In this document: one piece after another, positions 31,683-42,266 of the stretch
Position numbering within the stretch: position 1 is the first letter of the stretch
How the letters are laid out: the number at the start of each line of letters is the position of its first letter
NCBI GenBank assembly: GCA_965116025.1
Contig: OZ220480.1
Span: 896,001 to 960,000 of the forward strand
Source: an uncultured candidatus Porisulfidus sp.
GTDB lineage: Bacteria > Pseudomonadota > Gammaproteobacteria > Poriferisulfidales > Poriferisulfidaceae
Reading direction: 5' to 3'
Length of the DNA: 64,000 nucleotides
Notes under the pieces: model-generated
Seen by the model: the letters and a program-made list of their open reading frames with translations, nothing else
Databases searched by the model: none
What the model was told of the DNA's origin: nothing
Translations under genes and position numbers: made by a program

Positions 31683-33455
31683 TCACTCCCGGTCGAGGAG
31701 GCTGCGAAGCAGCTCGGATTCGGGGCGGCCGGGACGACGCAGCTTGCGCAAGGCCTTGGATTCGATCTGCCGGATTCGCTCGCGCGTCACGTTCAGCTGC
31801 TTGCCGACCTCCTCCAGGGTGTGGTCTTGATTGGTGCCGATGCCGAAGCGCATTTTCAGCACGCGCCGCTCGCGTTTCGACAGGTGCTTGAGCGCGTCGC
31901 GAATCGCCCTGACCACGGCGTCCCGGGCCAAGGCGTCGGCGGGCGATTCCTGCGTCTGATCTTCCAGACGATCTCCGATATGCAGGTCGTCGTCGTCCCC
32001 GACCGGAGTCTCGATGGAGATGGGGTCGCGGGCGATGGTCTGCACGCGGCGGACCTTGTTCTCGGGCAGCTCCATGCGCTCCGCCAGTTCCGCGGCGGTG
32101 GGATCCCGGGCCTGCTCCTGCATGATTTGCCGGGAGATGCGGTTGACCTTGTTGATGGTTTCCGTCATGTGCACGGGCACCCGGATGGTGCGCGCCTGGT
32201 CCGCGATGGAGCGGGTGATGGCCTGACGGATCCACCAGGTCGCGTAGGTGGAGAACTTGAAGCCGCGGCGGTACTCGAACTTGTCGACCGCCTTCATCAG
32301 ACCGATGTTGCCCTCCTCGATCAGGTCCAGGAAGTGCAGGCCACGGTTGGTGTACTTCTTGGCGATCGAGATGACCAGCCGGAGGTTGGCCTCGACCATC
32401 TCGTCCTTGGCTTTTTGCGCCCGCGCGTCGGCGACGCGCAGATCCTCCAGAAGGGATTTGATGATGGGGATCTTCAGGCTGTGCTCCTCCTCCAGTTTCG
32501 CCAAGCTCTTCTGGTGGCGCTCGATCTCCTTGCGCGCCTCGCGCAGGCCCTCCTTGTAGTCAATTCTCCGGCGCAGGCAGTTGCTGATCCAATTCGGCTT
32601 GGTGGCGTTCTTCAGGAAATCCTCCTTGAAGTCTTCCGGCGGCATGCCGGCGCCCAGACAGAGCTCGCGGATGCGGCCCTCTTCCCGGTCGACGGTGTCG
32701 CTCATCTTCCGCACGATCACACGCAGGCTCGCGGCGACCGCTGGGGGCAAGCGGAACAGGACGAAGTAGTCGGCCACCTCGGCGCGGCGGCGGCGGTAGG
32801 CGTTCGGGTTGCGCCGGACATTGTTGTGCATGGCCCGCGCGTGACGCTTCCCCAGCTCGCGGAATCGGATTTGGACCTGGCGCTTGGTGGGCGAGCGGTC
32901 CTTTTTGCTGTCCGGGTTGATCTCCACCTTCTCCGGTTGGACGCGCGGATTCTCGAAACCGAGCGCCAAGTCGGAGATCTTGCCGTCCTTCAGCTTGAAC
33001 TCCTCGTATTTCTCGAGCAACGAGTCGATCACGCGCGGGCATTGCGCCATGGCGTAGGCGGCGTCGCTCTCGCTGATCTCGATCCGCTTGGCGATCTCGA
33101 TCTCCTTGGCCCGGCTCAGCAGGCTGACCGCGCCCATCGCTCGCATATACATGCGAATGGGATCCGAAGTGTGCGCGTCGTCCAGAGGAGGAGTCACGCC
33201 CTCGGGCGCGTCCGGATCTTTCCCATCGAGGTCCTCGTCCTCCTCGTCGGGATCTTGCTCCATGATCTCGATCCCCATGTCGGACAGACTCTCTGATAGG
33301 CTCTCGACCATCAGGGAGATCGCTTCGCTATCCAGCTCGTCGGACAGTCGCTTGTGGATCTCGTCCAGCGTTAGGTGCCCCCGCTCTTTCCCGCGCGCGC
33401 GCAGGTCCTCGACGACGCTATCAAGATCGGTCGAGGGATCGGGGCTTTTGCTCAT
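31683..33455 (-). CDS. rpoD: RNA polymerase primary sigma factor sigma70
   Basis: Region 1.1, [66 protein letters not shown]. Confidence 0.98.
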   Translation of the reverse strand: MSKSPDPSTDLDSVVEDLRARGKERGHLTLDEIHKRLSDELDSEAISLMVESLSESLSDMGIEIMEQDPDEEDEDLDGKDPDAPEGVTPPLDDAHTSDPIRMYMRAMGAVSLLSRAKEIEIAKRIEISESDAAYAMAQCPRVIDSLLEKYEEFKLKDGKISDLALGFENPRVQPEKVEINPDSKKDRSPTKRQVQIRFRELGKRHARAMHNNVRRNPNAYRRRRAEVADYFVLFRLPPAVAASLRVIVRKMSDTVDREEGRIRELCLGAGMPPEDFKEDFLKNATKPNWISNCLRRRIDYKEGLREARKEIERHQKSLAKLEEEHSLKIPIIKSLLEDLRVADARAQKAKDEMVEANLRLVISIAKKYTNRGLHFLDLIEEGNIGLMKAVDKFEYRRGFKFSTYATWWIRQAITRSIADQARTIRVPVHMTETINKVNRISRQIMQEQARDPTAAELAERMELPENKVRRVQTIARDPISIETPVGDDDDLHIGDRLEDQTQESPADALARDAVVRAIRDALKHLSKRERRVLKMRFGIGTNQDHTLEEVGKQLNVTRERIRQIESKALRKLRRPGRPESELLRSLLDRE

Positions 33456-33575
33456 AATTTAAAAACTTCGTGTGCCGCGAGCGCTTGCTTATGCGGGCGC
33501 CTATTATATTGCCTGATTTCGGCTCTCCGTCTCTTGGGCGAGGATCTCGTGGCTGTGTTAAACTTCCCCGCCCAT

Positions 33576-33651
33576 TCCCCGGTAGCTCAGTTGGCAGAGC
33601 GGGTGGCTGTTAACCACTAGGTCGGCGGTTCGAGCCCGTCCCGGGGAGCCA
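33576..33651 (+). tRNA. tRNA-Asn (GTT)
   Basis: TCCCCGGTAGCTCAGTTGGCAGAGCGGGTGGCTGTTAACCAC...GGTTCGAGCCC...GGGGAGCCA. Confidence 0.95.
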
Positions 33652-33716
33652 GCCTCTTCGCGGTCTTCCTTTTACTTTCGAGTTGGAGGGATTTCAGAGC
33701 CTTTCCCGCTCGCTCC

Positions 33717-34592
33717 TTACCGCCCGCGCGCGAGCCACGCTCCAAATTCCGCCCCGAGATCCTCTCGGCGCAGGGCGTATTCCACGGACGCTTGCAGGTA
33801 GCCAAGTTTGCTTCCACAGTCGTAGCGTTTTCCCACGAACTGGTAGGCGGTCAGCGCGGAGCCTTTCCGTAACTGGAGGGCGAGGGCGTCGGTCAGCTGG
33901 ATCTCGCCTCCCGCGCCGGGCGCGGTCTCGCGCAGGCGCTCGAAGATATCCGGAGTCAGGATGTAGCGTCCGACCACGCCGAGGTCGGAGGGCGCTTTAT
34001 CGGCGGGGGGCTTCTCCACGATGCCAGTGAGCGTCCACAGCCGCTCGCCGCGCGGTTTCCCCGAGATCACGCCATACCGCGAGATTCGCTCTGGCGGCAC
34101 GCGTTCCACCGCGACCATGCCCGTCTGGAGAGTGTGGAACGCGTCGACCATCTGCTTCAGGCAAGGGGTTTCTCCGCCGTCGATCAGGTCGTCCGCCAGA
34201 ATGACGGCGAACGGCTCGTCGCCGATGACCGGCTCCGCGCGCAGAACGGCGTGGCCCAGCCCCAGGGCTTGACGTTGCCGAAGGTAGACGCAAGAGACGC
34301 CCTCGGGGAGGATGTTCCGCGCTTCCTCGAGTTGCCCGGTCTTACCGGACGCTTCCAGTTCCGACTCCAACTCGTACGCCATGTCGAAATGGTCTGGAAT
34401 CGAGCGCTTGTTGCGCCCGGTGATGAAGACGAGCTGCTCGATGCCGGCGGCCACGGCCTCTTCCGCCGCGTGCTGGATCAAGGGCTTGTCCACGATCGGC
34501 AGCATTTCTTTGGGCATCGCCTTGGTGGCGGGCAGGAACCGCGTGCCAAGCCCGGCGACCGGGAATACCGCTTTACGTACGCGGGGAGTCAT
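33717..34592 (-). CDS. galU: UTP--glucose-1-phosphate uridylyltransferase
   Basis: [53 protein letters not shown]. Confidence 0.97.
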   Translation of the reverse strand: MTPRVRKAVFPVAGLGTRFLPATKAMPKEMLPIVDKPLIQHAAEEAVAAGIEQLVFITGRNKRSIPDHFDMAYELESELEASGKTGQLEEARNILPEGVSCVYLRQRQALGLGHAVLRAEPVIGDEPFAVILADDLIDGGETPCLKQMVDAFHTLQTGMVAVERVPPERISRYGVISGKPRGERLWTLTGIVEKPPADKAPSDLGVVGRYILTPDIFERLRETAPGAGGEIQLTDALALQLRKGSALTAYQFVGKRYDCGSKLGYLQASVEYALRREDLGAEFGAWLARGR

Positions 34593-34690
34593 CGGGTCAT
34601 TGTACCGGGTGGGCGCCGCGATGCTCTCGCTCGTTCGCTGGCTCGTCCCCTATGATAGACGCGCGAGAGACCCTGCTATGGAGAGAGACC

Positions 34691-35461
34691 ATGCGCGACA
34701 TTGATGACCTGTTGCGGATCATGCGCGAGGTGCGGGACCCCGACCATGGCTGTCCATGGGATTTGCGTCAGAGTTTCGCCACGATCATGCCGTACACGGT
34801 GGAGGAGGCCTATGAGGTGGCGGACGCCATTGAGCGCGAGGCTTGGGATGAATTGCGCGGCGAGTTGGGCGATCTTTTGCTGCATGTCGTCTATCACGCG
34901 CGGATGGCCGAGGAGCGGGGGCTGTTCCGTTTTGGCGATGTGGTGGAGGCGATCTGCTGCAAGATGATCGAGCGGCATCCGCATGTCTTCGGGGACGCGG
35001 GCTCGCGCGGCGAGGCCGAGATCGTGAAGGAATGGGAACGACGCAAGCTTCGCGAGCGCGCTGAGCGTGGCGCGGAGGGAGTCCTGGAAGGCGTCCCAAA
35101 AGCGCAACCGGCGCTGACGCGCGCGTTCCAACTGCAGAAACGCGCCGCCCGAGTGGGCTTCGATTGGGAAGAGGCTCGCCAAGTGGAGGATAAGGTCAGG
35201 GAGGAGTGGAACGAACTGCGCGCGGCCCGGGACTCGAAAGAGCGCGCGGCGGAGTTTGGCGATCTGCTGTTCGCCATGGTCAACTACGCGCGCCACCTCG
35301 GGATTCGCCCGGAAGAGGCCTTGCGAGGCGCTTGCTCGCGGTTCGCGGAGCGTTTCGAGCGCATGGAAGAGCGCTTGCGGGAAGATAGTGAGGATGTGGA
35401 GGCGGTTTCCACCGGCCGCTGGGAGGAATTATGGGAAGAGGCGAAGCGCGCCGAATCCTAG
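34691..35461 (+). CDS. mazG: nucleoside triphosphate pyrophosphohydrolase
   Basis: GCPWD..Q, EEAYEVADAI, ELGDLLL, RHPHVF, AARVGFDW, EFGDLLF. Confidence 0.95.
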   Translation: MRDIDDLLRIMREVRDPDHGCPWDLRQSFATIMPYTVEEAYEVADAIEREAWDELRGELGDLLLHVVYHARMAEERGLFRFGDVVEAICCKMIERHPHVFGDAGSRGEAEIVKEWERRKLRERAERGAEGVLEGVPKAQPALTRAFQLQKRAARVGFDWEEARQVEDKVREEWNELRAARDSKERAAEFGDLLFAMVNYARHLGIRPEEALRGACSRFAERFERMEERLREDSEDVEAVSTGRWEELWEEAKRAES

Positions 35462-35576
35462 TCGCCGTCGTTCGCTTCCCCTTATAAAAGCGAACGGCCA
35501 GGCAGGTACGGGGGTCGCCAGGGCGTTCTGGGGCAGCGTGGCGCGACGGATGAAACTATTCGTGAGCCTGTACACA

Positions 35577-38135
35577 TCACTTTAAATCTCGGGTTGGTTG
35601 CTTTGAGCGCACACGGTATGCGAGTGTAATGTCGGAAAGCTCGAGCCCTCTTCGGTTGATTTCGTTTCGCACCTCGTCATAGACTGGCGCGGTCCGCTCG
35701 ACATCGGAGATGGTCATGACGATGGTGAAGGGCACTCCAGAGTCGGGGAAAGCGTCTCCAGCCCGGGTTGAGGAACGGAGCGCTAAGTGCCAGTCGCTAG
35801 AAGTGCCGCGTCCTCGTGGCATGGAGAGGCAGTAGCGCTTAACGGGTGTCCACTTGAGTCCTGTCTTCAGGAGATAGGCCTCGGTATGATTAAGTCCAGT
35901 GGGCTGTTTGTCGTCGAAATGGCTGAGGCGGGACTTTGGGTCGTCTTCACCTGTGTCGGGATTGGTTTCAATTTGATACAGACGCGCGTCAAGCTGGACT
36001 CGCAGGCATTCGGCGCCGAATTGGGCATCAATTGGTGGTGCGAACGCCAAGGTGATATTGACCCTTCCGCGGCACTTTCCTGCGGCCGTGACTAGCGATT
36101 TTGGCCAAGAGAAAACGAATCGGAGCTCGCGGCGAAAGGAGAGAGATTCGGAAAAGACTAAGGTGATCGAGTGGGGCTCGTTTGAAAGGCACGCGTCGGC
36201 TGGGGGCGCTGTGCCGAAGCCAACGAAATCGCGCGCGACATGGTGTAACGCGACGTGTCGCATTGGTTCGCTTCTCCGCGCATGGTGGACCAGGAGAGCG
36301 ATAAGGGTTTCACGCGGCGCGGCTCCATTGAGTCGGTGATCGATCATAGCGACAGTGGAGGCGACCAAAGGGGCGGCGAAACTGGTTCCGTTGTTGTCGA
36401 CGACCGCGCTGTCAGGCGCGAGAGAAGAAAGCCCTGTTTTGTTTCCGGCGTGCGGTGACGCGCCGCCGTAGTGAGACAGGTCGGGTTTGCGCGCTCCGCC
36501 GGTGCCAGGGCCACGACGAGTGTAGGTGGTCGGAAGAGCGGCAATGTGGCCGGGGATGCCCGGGGGGTTGATCGCGCCAACCGATAGCCCGAGCAGGTGT
36601 TCAGCGGGTGCGGTGATGAACTCGTTGGTGGCGAATCCATGGGTCAATAGCCTCACCGCCTCGTCGCCGTCGCTCGGCCAAGGGGGTCGCGCTTCTGTTC
36701 CGTTGAGATTTCCGGCGGATACGACGAAGAGGATGTCGTGCTCCGCGGCGATGTCGTCTAGGGCCTGCGCGAAGATCGAATAATCAAGGCCTCGGCGTAT
36801 CCCGGGCATTCCGAGACTCAGATTGAAAACGCGAACGCCAGCGGATTTAGCGCGTATGACCTCTTCCTCCAACTGGTCGAAGAAGTCGGATAGCATGTCG
36901 TAGTAGCTGGAGACCAGGCCCTGCCGCGGCATGAGAGGAATGTCGAAGTAACGGCAACCCATGGGCTCCAGTTGCGAGCCAATCTGTGGATTGAGGGTTC
37001 GCGCGCCGGCGATGAGACCGGCGATGAAGGTACCATGCGAAAGGTCTCGATCAGCTGAATTAATCGAATCAGTGCCGCCCGCGCGCCAAGGCGTGAGCGG
37101 CGAAATATCGGCGACGCCGCCGTCGATTATTCCAACGACCGGCGTTCCTTGCTTAGGTGGAAGAGGCAATGTGGTCCGGTGTGGCGCTTGGGACTGGGTT
37201 AGTGGGGCAAGTTCGAGCGAAGGCGGTAGGTTGACTCGCCGAACCAATGGCTCGACCGCCATCTGTTCAAGGAAGCGCTGATGACGCTCTAGCGGAACGG
37301 CTCTGGTGGCCGAACGCGCCGCGCCGCGAGGCAGGTCTTGATGCGCTGAAGGTGGGTCGTCGAGGGGAAGTGAAACGAATGACTGGTCGAGGTCGTTGGT
37401 TAGTTGGATGGAGATTTGATAACCCCCGCGCGAATCACTGTTCTCGCGTGGAAACAGTGGTGAGGCCACGATGCCCCCCAGTCCGGCGAGGCGGTGGCGA
37501 AAACTCTCGATCATGGAATTTACAGCGACAGGGTCGACGGTGGGGTCGGGCCGGAAGAGTTCCACGAGATATGTGCCAAGCGTATCGAGGTGGCTGATCC
37601 ATTCGGCGGCTTCGCGGGCGGAAAAGGCGACGCGGTCGGCAGGCGTGGGAAGATGAATGTCTTGGATGCCACCGAGCTCGCTGCGATAAGCGGAAGGGCG
37701 AGACTCGAACTTCCCGGCCGCCTCGTTCAATCTCTGTCGAGGTTCGATTTCCGCTCGAGACTCGATTTGGCGATCCAGATGGTCAAGCGCGTTGGGTGTG
37801 CACTGGAAGAACATTTCGCCGATGTCCCCGCCTCCGACCAGACGGAACGAATTGGCTGGCGAAAAAAGAGAATTCAGGGGGCGATAGCTCTTCGCTAGTG
37901 CCACTTCGCGCATTCGCACGAAGATGAAGCCCGCCGCGTGGCCGTCGTGGCGCAAGGATTCGGATGAGTCCCGGATGCGTTGGCGCAACGCGGATTTGTG
38001 GCGCGAGAATCCGGGATTGTCACCGCCGAAAAAATCACGATTTCCACCACGTCGTCGGCTTTCCCGCACGGAGATGAACTGTCCGGTGTTGAGGAATACT
38101 TGGATGGGACGGGTAGCATCGTCTCGATCGGTCAT
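35577..38135 (-). CDS. S8 (subtilisin-like) serine peptidase, IetS/Y4bN-like
   Basis: Catalytic triad VGIIDGG, HGTFIAG, NGTSFAAP; FNLSLG, VVSAGN; no signal peptide; base composition less GC-rich than flanks. Confidence 0.88.
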   Translation of the reverse strand: MTDRDDATRPIQVFLNTGQFISVRESRRRGGNRDFFGGDNPGFSRHKSALRQRIRDSSESLRHDGHAAGFIFVRMREVALAKSYRPLNSLFSPANSFRLVGGGDIGEMFFQCTPNALDHLDRQIESRAEIEPRQRLNEAAGKFESRPSAYRSELGGIQDIHLPTPADRVAFSAREAAEWISHLDTLGTYLVELFRPDPTVDPVAVNSMIESFRHRLAGLGGIVASPLFPRENSDSRGGYQISIQLTNDLDQSFVSLPLDDPPSAHQDLPRGAARSATRAVPLERHQRFLEQMAVEPLVRRVNLPPSLELAPLTQSQAPHRTTLPLPPKQGTPVVGIIDGGVADISPLTPWRAGGTDSINSADRDLSHGTFIAGLIAGARTLNPQIGSQLEPMGCRYFDIPLMPRQGLVSSYYDMLSDFFDQLEEEVIRAKSAGVRVFNLSLGMPGIRRGLDYSIFAQALDDIAAEHDILFVVSAGNLNGTEARPPWPSDGDEAVRLLTHGFATNEFITAPAEHLLGLSVGAINPPGIPGHIAALPTTYTRRGPGTGGARKPDLSHYGGASPHAGNKTGLSSLAPDSAVVDNNGTSFAAPLVASTVAMIDHRLNGAAPRETLIALLVHHARRSEPMRHVALHHVARDFVGFGTAPPADACLSNEPHSITLVFSESLSFRRELRFVFSWPKSLVTAAGKCRGRVNITLAFAPPIDAQFGAECLRVQLDARLYQIETNPDTGEDDPKSRLSHFDDKQPTGLNHTEAYLLKTGLKWTPVKRYCLSMPRGRGTSSDWHLALRSSTRAGDAFPDSGVPFTIVMTISDVERTAPVYDEVRNEINRRGLELSDITLAYRVRSKQPTRDLK

Positions 38136-38138
38136 CGT

Positions 38139-39377
38139 TTATACCGATACTTGGTTCTTCGGCGCCTCAGGATCAGGAGGCTTGAGGCGCCTGGAAATCG
38201 TGCTCTGCGAAACTCCGAGGACGCGCGCGGCTTCGATTTGCGTGAAGCCCGCGCTTTCTATCAACGCGTCGAGCAGCGCATCGTCCGAATGAAGGAGTTG
38301 TTCCTGCCGGCGGTCGTCGAAGAGCGAGGCGTTTAGGATGGCTTGGCGCCGCAACGCCGAGAGCAGGGTGGCGGGCTTGAGTTTCTCGCGGGCGAGCGCC
38401 GCGCGATTCTCGCGCAGGATCAGGTAGCGCTTGCTTCCGGCGATCAGGGTTTCGATATCCGAGCCGCTCATGCCCTCGGTGAGCCAAACCAGCATGCGCG
38501 TTTCGCTGTCGGACAGGCGAACCGGCGCGAGAAAGCGCTTGAGCATGGCGGCCCGCGTGTCCGGTTCGGGTTTGGGGATGCGGATGCGAGATTCGAACCG
38601 CCGCCACACGGCCGAATCTAACAGGTGTTCGTGATTGGTGGCGGCGAGCGTGAATCCCTGGACGTTTCTCGCGTCCAGGCATTGGAGCAAAGTGTTGACG
38701 ACGCGTTTGATTTCCCCGACTTCCTGGCTGTCGTCGCGCGCTTTGGCGATGGCGTCGAATTCGTCGAGGAAGAGAATGCAGCGATATCGGTCGGCGAAAT
38801 CGAACAACGCGCCGATGTTGCGCGCCGTAGTGCCGAGAAACGATGAGACCAGGCCGTCGAGCCTCGCCTCGACGACCGGCAGGCGGAGCTGGCGCCCGAT
38901 GAATCTGGCGAGAAGCGTCTTGCCGACGCCGGGGGCTCCGTAGAGGAGGCATCGCATGTTCGGTTTCACGCCCACGCGCGCCAGATCCTCGACCCGGTCC
39001 CATTCCCGTAATTGGTCGGAGATCGCCGCCTCCAGCGCAGGTTGCAGCATTGGAGCGGGACCGTCGCGGTCATCGGGAAACAGCACGCGTGCCAATGGGG
39101 CGCTGGTCTCCCGGTCGGCGGGCAGAGGCGTTGAGCGGGAAAGAGTCTCGCCCGGCAACCGCAACCTATCGCGGCGGACGCGCATTCGCTCCAAAGATAT
39201 AGGTGCCGCATCTTGCCGGAGCTTACGCTTGGCCAGCAACCTGCCGAGCTTCTTGGCCTGCTTTGGCTCGCTCTCCTGGAGGGCGTTCTGGAGGCGGGCG
39301 ATTTGATGAGCGACCTTCTCCTCATCTCCGTTCAGCGCCATGCGGGATAGCGAGAGAATTATGTCAAAATTCTCCAT
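38139..39377 (-). CDS. AAA+ ATPase, IetA-like, with C-terminal HTH
   Basis: GAPGVGKT, LVSSFLG.T..N, LFLDEFDAIAK.RDD..E.GEIKRVVN, ATNH..LLD.AVWRRF; C-terminal TQIEAARVLGVSQSTISRRL. Confidence 0.88.
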   Translation of the reverse strand: MENFDIILSLSRMALNGDEEKVAHQIARLQNALQESEPKQAKKLGRLLAKRKLRQDAAPISLERMRVRRDRLRLPGETLSRSTPLPADRETSAPLARVLFPDDRDGPAPMLQPALEAAISDQLREWDRVEDLARVGVKPNMRCLLYGAPGVGKTLLARFIGRQLRLPVVEARLDGLVSSFLGTTARNIGALFDFADRYRCILFLDEFDAIAKARDDSQEVGEIKRVVNTLLQCLDARNVQGFTLAATNHEHLLDSAVWRRFESRIRIPKPEPDTRAAMLKRFLAPVRLSDSETRMLVWLTEGMSGSDIETLIAGSKRYLILRENRAALAREKLKPATLLSALRRQAILNASLFDDRRQEQLLHSDDALLDALIESAGFTQIEAARVLGVSQSTISRRLKPPDPEAPKNQVSV

Positions 39378-39469
39378 AAAATATCTTTTTATTCCATATC
39401 TATGCGAAAGAAAGACATATTATGCGCTATGACCAGGCAACGCGCAACCCTCGCTCTCTGGCATTCGAG

Positions 39470-40318
39470 TTAGGCGCGCTCCATCCGCATCGAGAAGTCC
39501 ACCGCTTTCACGTCCTTGGTTAGGGTGCCGACAGAGACGCGCGCCGCGCCACCGCCCACGTAGTCGGCGAGATTCCTCTTGGTGATTCCCCCGGAGATTT
39601 CCAGCGGAATGCCCGGGAACGCGGCGGCGGCCGCGCACGCCTCTCCGTCGCTGAAATTGTCGAGCAGGATGATGTCCGGACTGGCGGAATGGGCCCGCCC
39701 GAGCTGCACCATGCTCTCGACCTCCACGATGACGGGAACGTCCGGGTGGCGCGCGCGCGCCTCGCGGATGGCGGCCCGAATGTCGGGAATCAGGGCCCAG
39801 TGGTTCTCCTTGATCAGCACGGCCTCGGCCAGATTGGATCGGTGGGGGACGCATCCGCCACGCTCGACCGCGTATTTCTGCGCGTGGCGCAGGCCGGGGA
39901 TCGTCTTGCGGGTGTCCAGCAAGACACAGGAGGCGTTGGCATCGGCGTTGGCATCGTCCAGCGCCCGCGCGAACGCGCGCGCGCGGCTGGCGGTGGCCGA
40001 CAGAAGCTGCAGGAAGTTGAGAGCGGAGCGCTCGCCCTGCAGCAATGGCCGGGCCGGGCCCCGCAACTCGCAGACCGTGGCGTCGGCCTGGATTCGGTCG
40101 CCGTCCTTGGCTTGCCAGTCGAGCGTGATGGATGTTTCCAGTTGGTGGAAGACCTCCTCGACCCAAGGGATGCCGCACAGCACGGCCCGCTGGCGGCAAA
40201 GAATCCTTGCGCGCGCCGTTTGGTCGGGAACCAGCGCGGCGCTCAGGTCTTCGGTCGCCCGGTCCTCCCGCAGGGCCCGAGCGGCATCCTCGCGAACGAC
40301 GCTCGGGTCCAAGATCAC
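39470..40318 (-). CDS. nadC: nicotinate-nucleotide pyrophosphorylase
   Basis: ERSALNFLQ, LDTRKTIPGLR..QKYAV, HR, LIKENH, ILLDNF, SGGIT. Confidence 0.96.
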   Translation of the reverse strand: MILDPSVVREDAARALREDRATEDLSAALVPDQTARARILCRQRAVLCGIPWVEEVFHQLETSITLDWQAKDGDRIQADATVCELRGPARPLLQGERSALNFLQLLSATASRARAFARALDDANADANASCVLLDTRKTIPGLRHAQKYAVERGGCVPHRSNLAEAVLIKENHWALIPDIRAAIREARARHPDVPVIVEVESMVQLGRAHSASPDIILLDNFSDGEACAAAAAFPGIPLEISGGITKRNLADYVGGGAARVSVGTLTKDVKAVDFSMRMERA

Positions 40319-40321
40319 GGC

Positions 40322-41647
40322 TTATCCGTCATCGCGTTCCCGGGTCAGCCGGAACACCACGGTCGACAGCAGCAGCATCGCGATCAGATTCGGCCACGCC
40401 ATCAGGGCGTTGAGCGTGTCGGACAGCAGCCACAGATTGTTCAGCGCGAAGGTCGAGCCGACGTACAGAGCCACGATCCACAGGATTCGGTACGGTAGCA
40501 GGACCCATCGCCCGAGCAGGAACTGGATGCATCGCTCGCCGTAGAAGCTCCAGCCGAGCACGGTGGTGAACGCGAAGACCGACGCGGCGACCGCGACGAT
40601 GGTTCCGCCAACCGCCGTCAGGGAGTGGTTGAACGCTTGAGTGGTCAGAGCCGCGCCGCTGGCTCCCGTAGTCCATTCCCCGCTCACGATGATGACCAGA
40701 GCCGTCATGGTGCAGATGATGAGCGTGTCGATGAAGGTGCCGAGCATGGCGATCCGGCCCTGCCGGACCGGGCTCGCGCTCTGCGCCGAGGCGTGGGCGA
40801 TGGCGGCGCTGCCGAGGCCGGCCTCGTTGGAGAAGATGCCGCGCGCGATTCCGAACTGGATGGCCATCATCACCGCGGTGCCGGCGAACCCACCGACCGC
40901 CGCGTGGCCGGTGAAGGCGGATTCTATGATCAGGGCGAGCGCGCCCGGGATCTCGGTCGCGTTCATCAGGATGACGACCAGCGCGCACCCGACGTAGGTG
41001 ATCGCCATCAGGGGGACCAGCCGCGCGGCCACCGCGGCGATCCGCTTCAGTCCGCCCAAGATGACGATTCCCGCCAGCGTGGCGATGACGATTCCGGTGA
41101 TCGATTCGGAGACGCCGAACTCGGAGTGCAGGGCGTCGGCGACGGAGTTCGACTGCACCATGTTGCCGATGCCGAACGCGGCGATGGTGGCGAACAAGGC
41201 GAACAGCATGGCCAGCCAGGTCCAGCTGGGCCCGAGCCCCTTCTGGATGTAGTACATCGGACCGCCGTGGAACTCGCCCTCCGGCGTCTCCTCGCGGAAG
41301 TTCACCGCCAGCACCGCCTCGGCGTATTTGGTCGCCATGCCGAACAGAGCCATGACCCACATCCAGAAGATGGCGCCCGGGCCGCCCATCGCGATGGCCG
41401 TGGCGACGCCGGCGATATTTCCGGTGCCGACGGTGGCCGACATGGCGGTCATCAGGGCGCGGAACGGCGGGATCTCGCCCGCCCCACTCGCGGCGGTTCC
41501 GCGCGCCAGCTCACGGAAGGCTAGGCCGATCTGCCGCAGAGGCAGGAAGCGCAACCCGACCATCAGGTAGATGCCGAGGCCAAGAAGAAGGATGATCGTG
41601 GGCCAGCCCCAAACGAAACTGTTGACGTCTTTCAGCCATTCGCTCAT
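40322..41647 (-). CDS. alanine/glycine:cation symporter (AGCS family)
   Basis: ATVGTGNIAGVATAI..GGPGAIFWMW, GGPMYYI, RGIFSNEAGLGS, FIDTLIICT. Confidence 0.95.
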   Translation of the reverse strand: MSEWLKDVNSFVWGWPTIILLLGLGIYLMVGLRFLPLRQIGLAFRELARGTAASGAGEIPPFRALMTAMSATVGTGNIAGVATAIAMGGPGAIFWMWVMALFGMATKYAEAVLAVNFREETPEGEFHGGPMYYIQKGLGPSWTWLAMLFALFATIAAFGIGNMVQSNSVADALHSEFGVSESITGIVIATLAGIVILGGLKRIAAVAARLVPLMAITYVGCALVVILMNATEIPGALALIIESAFTGHAAVGGFAGTAVMMAIQFGIARGIFSNEAGLGSAAIAHASAQSASPVRQGRIAMLGTFIDTLIICTMTALVIIVSGEWTTGASGAALTTQAFNHSLTAVGGTIVAVAASVFAFTTVLGWSFYGERCIQFLLGRWVLLPYRILWIVALYVGSTFALNNLWLLSDTLNALMAWPNLIAMLLLSTVVFRLTRERDDG

Positions 41648-41819
41648 CGCCAAACTCCCGGCGCGGCGCGCCGCAAAATCTATCGGGGAGCATTATAAGC
41701 GCGGCTTCTCGACCCCTCTCGCCAAGAGGTCCGGTTTCCGCGCGCCCGGCCTCTCGGAGCGCTTTTGGATTATCGCGGGGTTCCGTCTCTCGCCCCAGTT
41801 TTCTCGCGCCGGGGCGCGC

Positions 41820-42266
41820 TTACCTGATCGCCAAGACCACCACCGCGCTGACGATGCCCGTCGCCGCGCCGATCGCCAGTAGAAGGAAGCCCAGCGTCCT
41901 CTGGAACTTGGCGTTCATGTCCAGCTGGAGCTCATGCATCGATTTCTCCAGACGGTTCTCCATATCTTTCATGTCGGAGCGGATGCCGGCCTCCATGTCT
42001 CTCATGTCGGAGCGGATGCCAGCCTCCATCTTCTCCATCTTGCCTTCAAGCTTGGACTCCATTTGGTCCAGGTCGGCCTTGGTGGCCAGCTCGCCTTGCG
42101 CGCCCTGAATGACGTTGACGATGGTCTTCGCCTGCCGCCCGTTGAATCCCGCTTCCACCAAGCCTCCCGCCGCCTTCATGGTATCAAAATGTGGTCGCGT
42201 CCATCCCGGTTCCCGCGCGGCGGGGTCGGGCTCAGGCTTTCGCTGGGCGTTCGGGCTGGGGCTCAC
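41820..42266 (-). CDS. DUF1640/CCDC90-like coiled-coil protein with C-terminal membrane anchor
   Basis: HFDT.....L.EAGF...QA, LATKADL, coiled-coil stalk, C-terminal hydrophobic helix; probable GTG start at 42266 after AAGGA. Confidence 0.75.
   Translation of the reverse strand: MSPSPNAQRKPEPDPAAREPGWTRPHFDTMKAAGGLVEAGFNGRQAKTIVNVIQGAQGELATKADLDQMESKLEGKMEKMEAGIRSDMRDMEAGIRSDMKDMENRLEKSMHELQLDMNAKFQRTLGFLLLAIGAATGIVSAVVVLAIR
41958..42023 (-). repeat. 33-bp tandem repeat x2 (11-aa unit MEAGIRSDM(R/K)D)
   Basis: CTCCATATCTTTCATGTCGGAGCGGATGCCGGC / CTCCATGTCTCTCATGTCGGAGCGGATGCCAGC, 30/33 identical. Confidence 0.9.
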
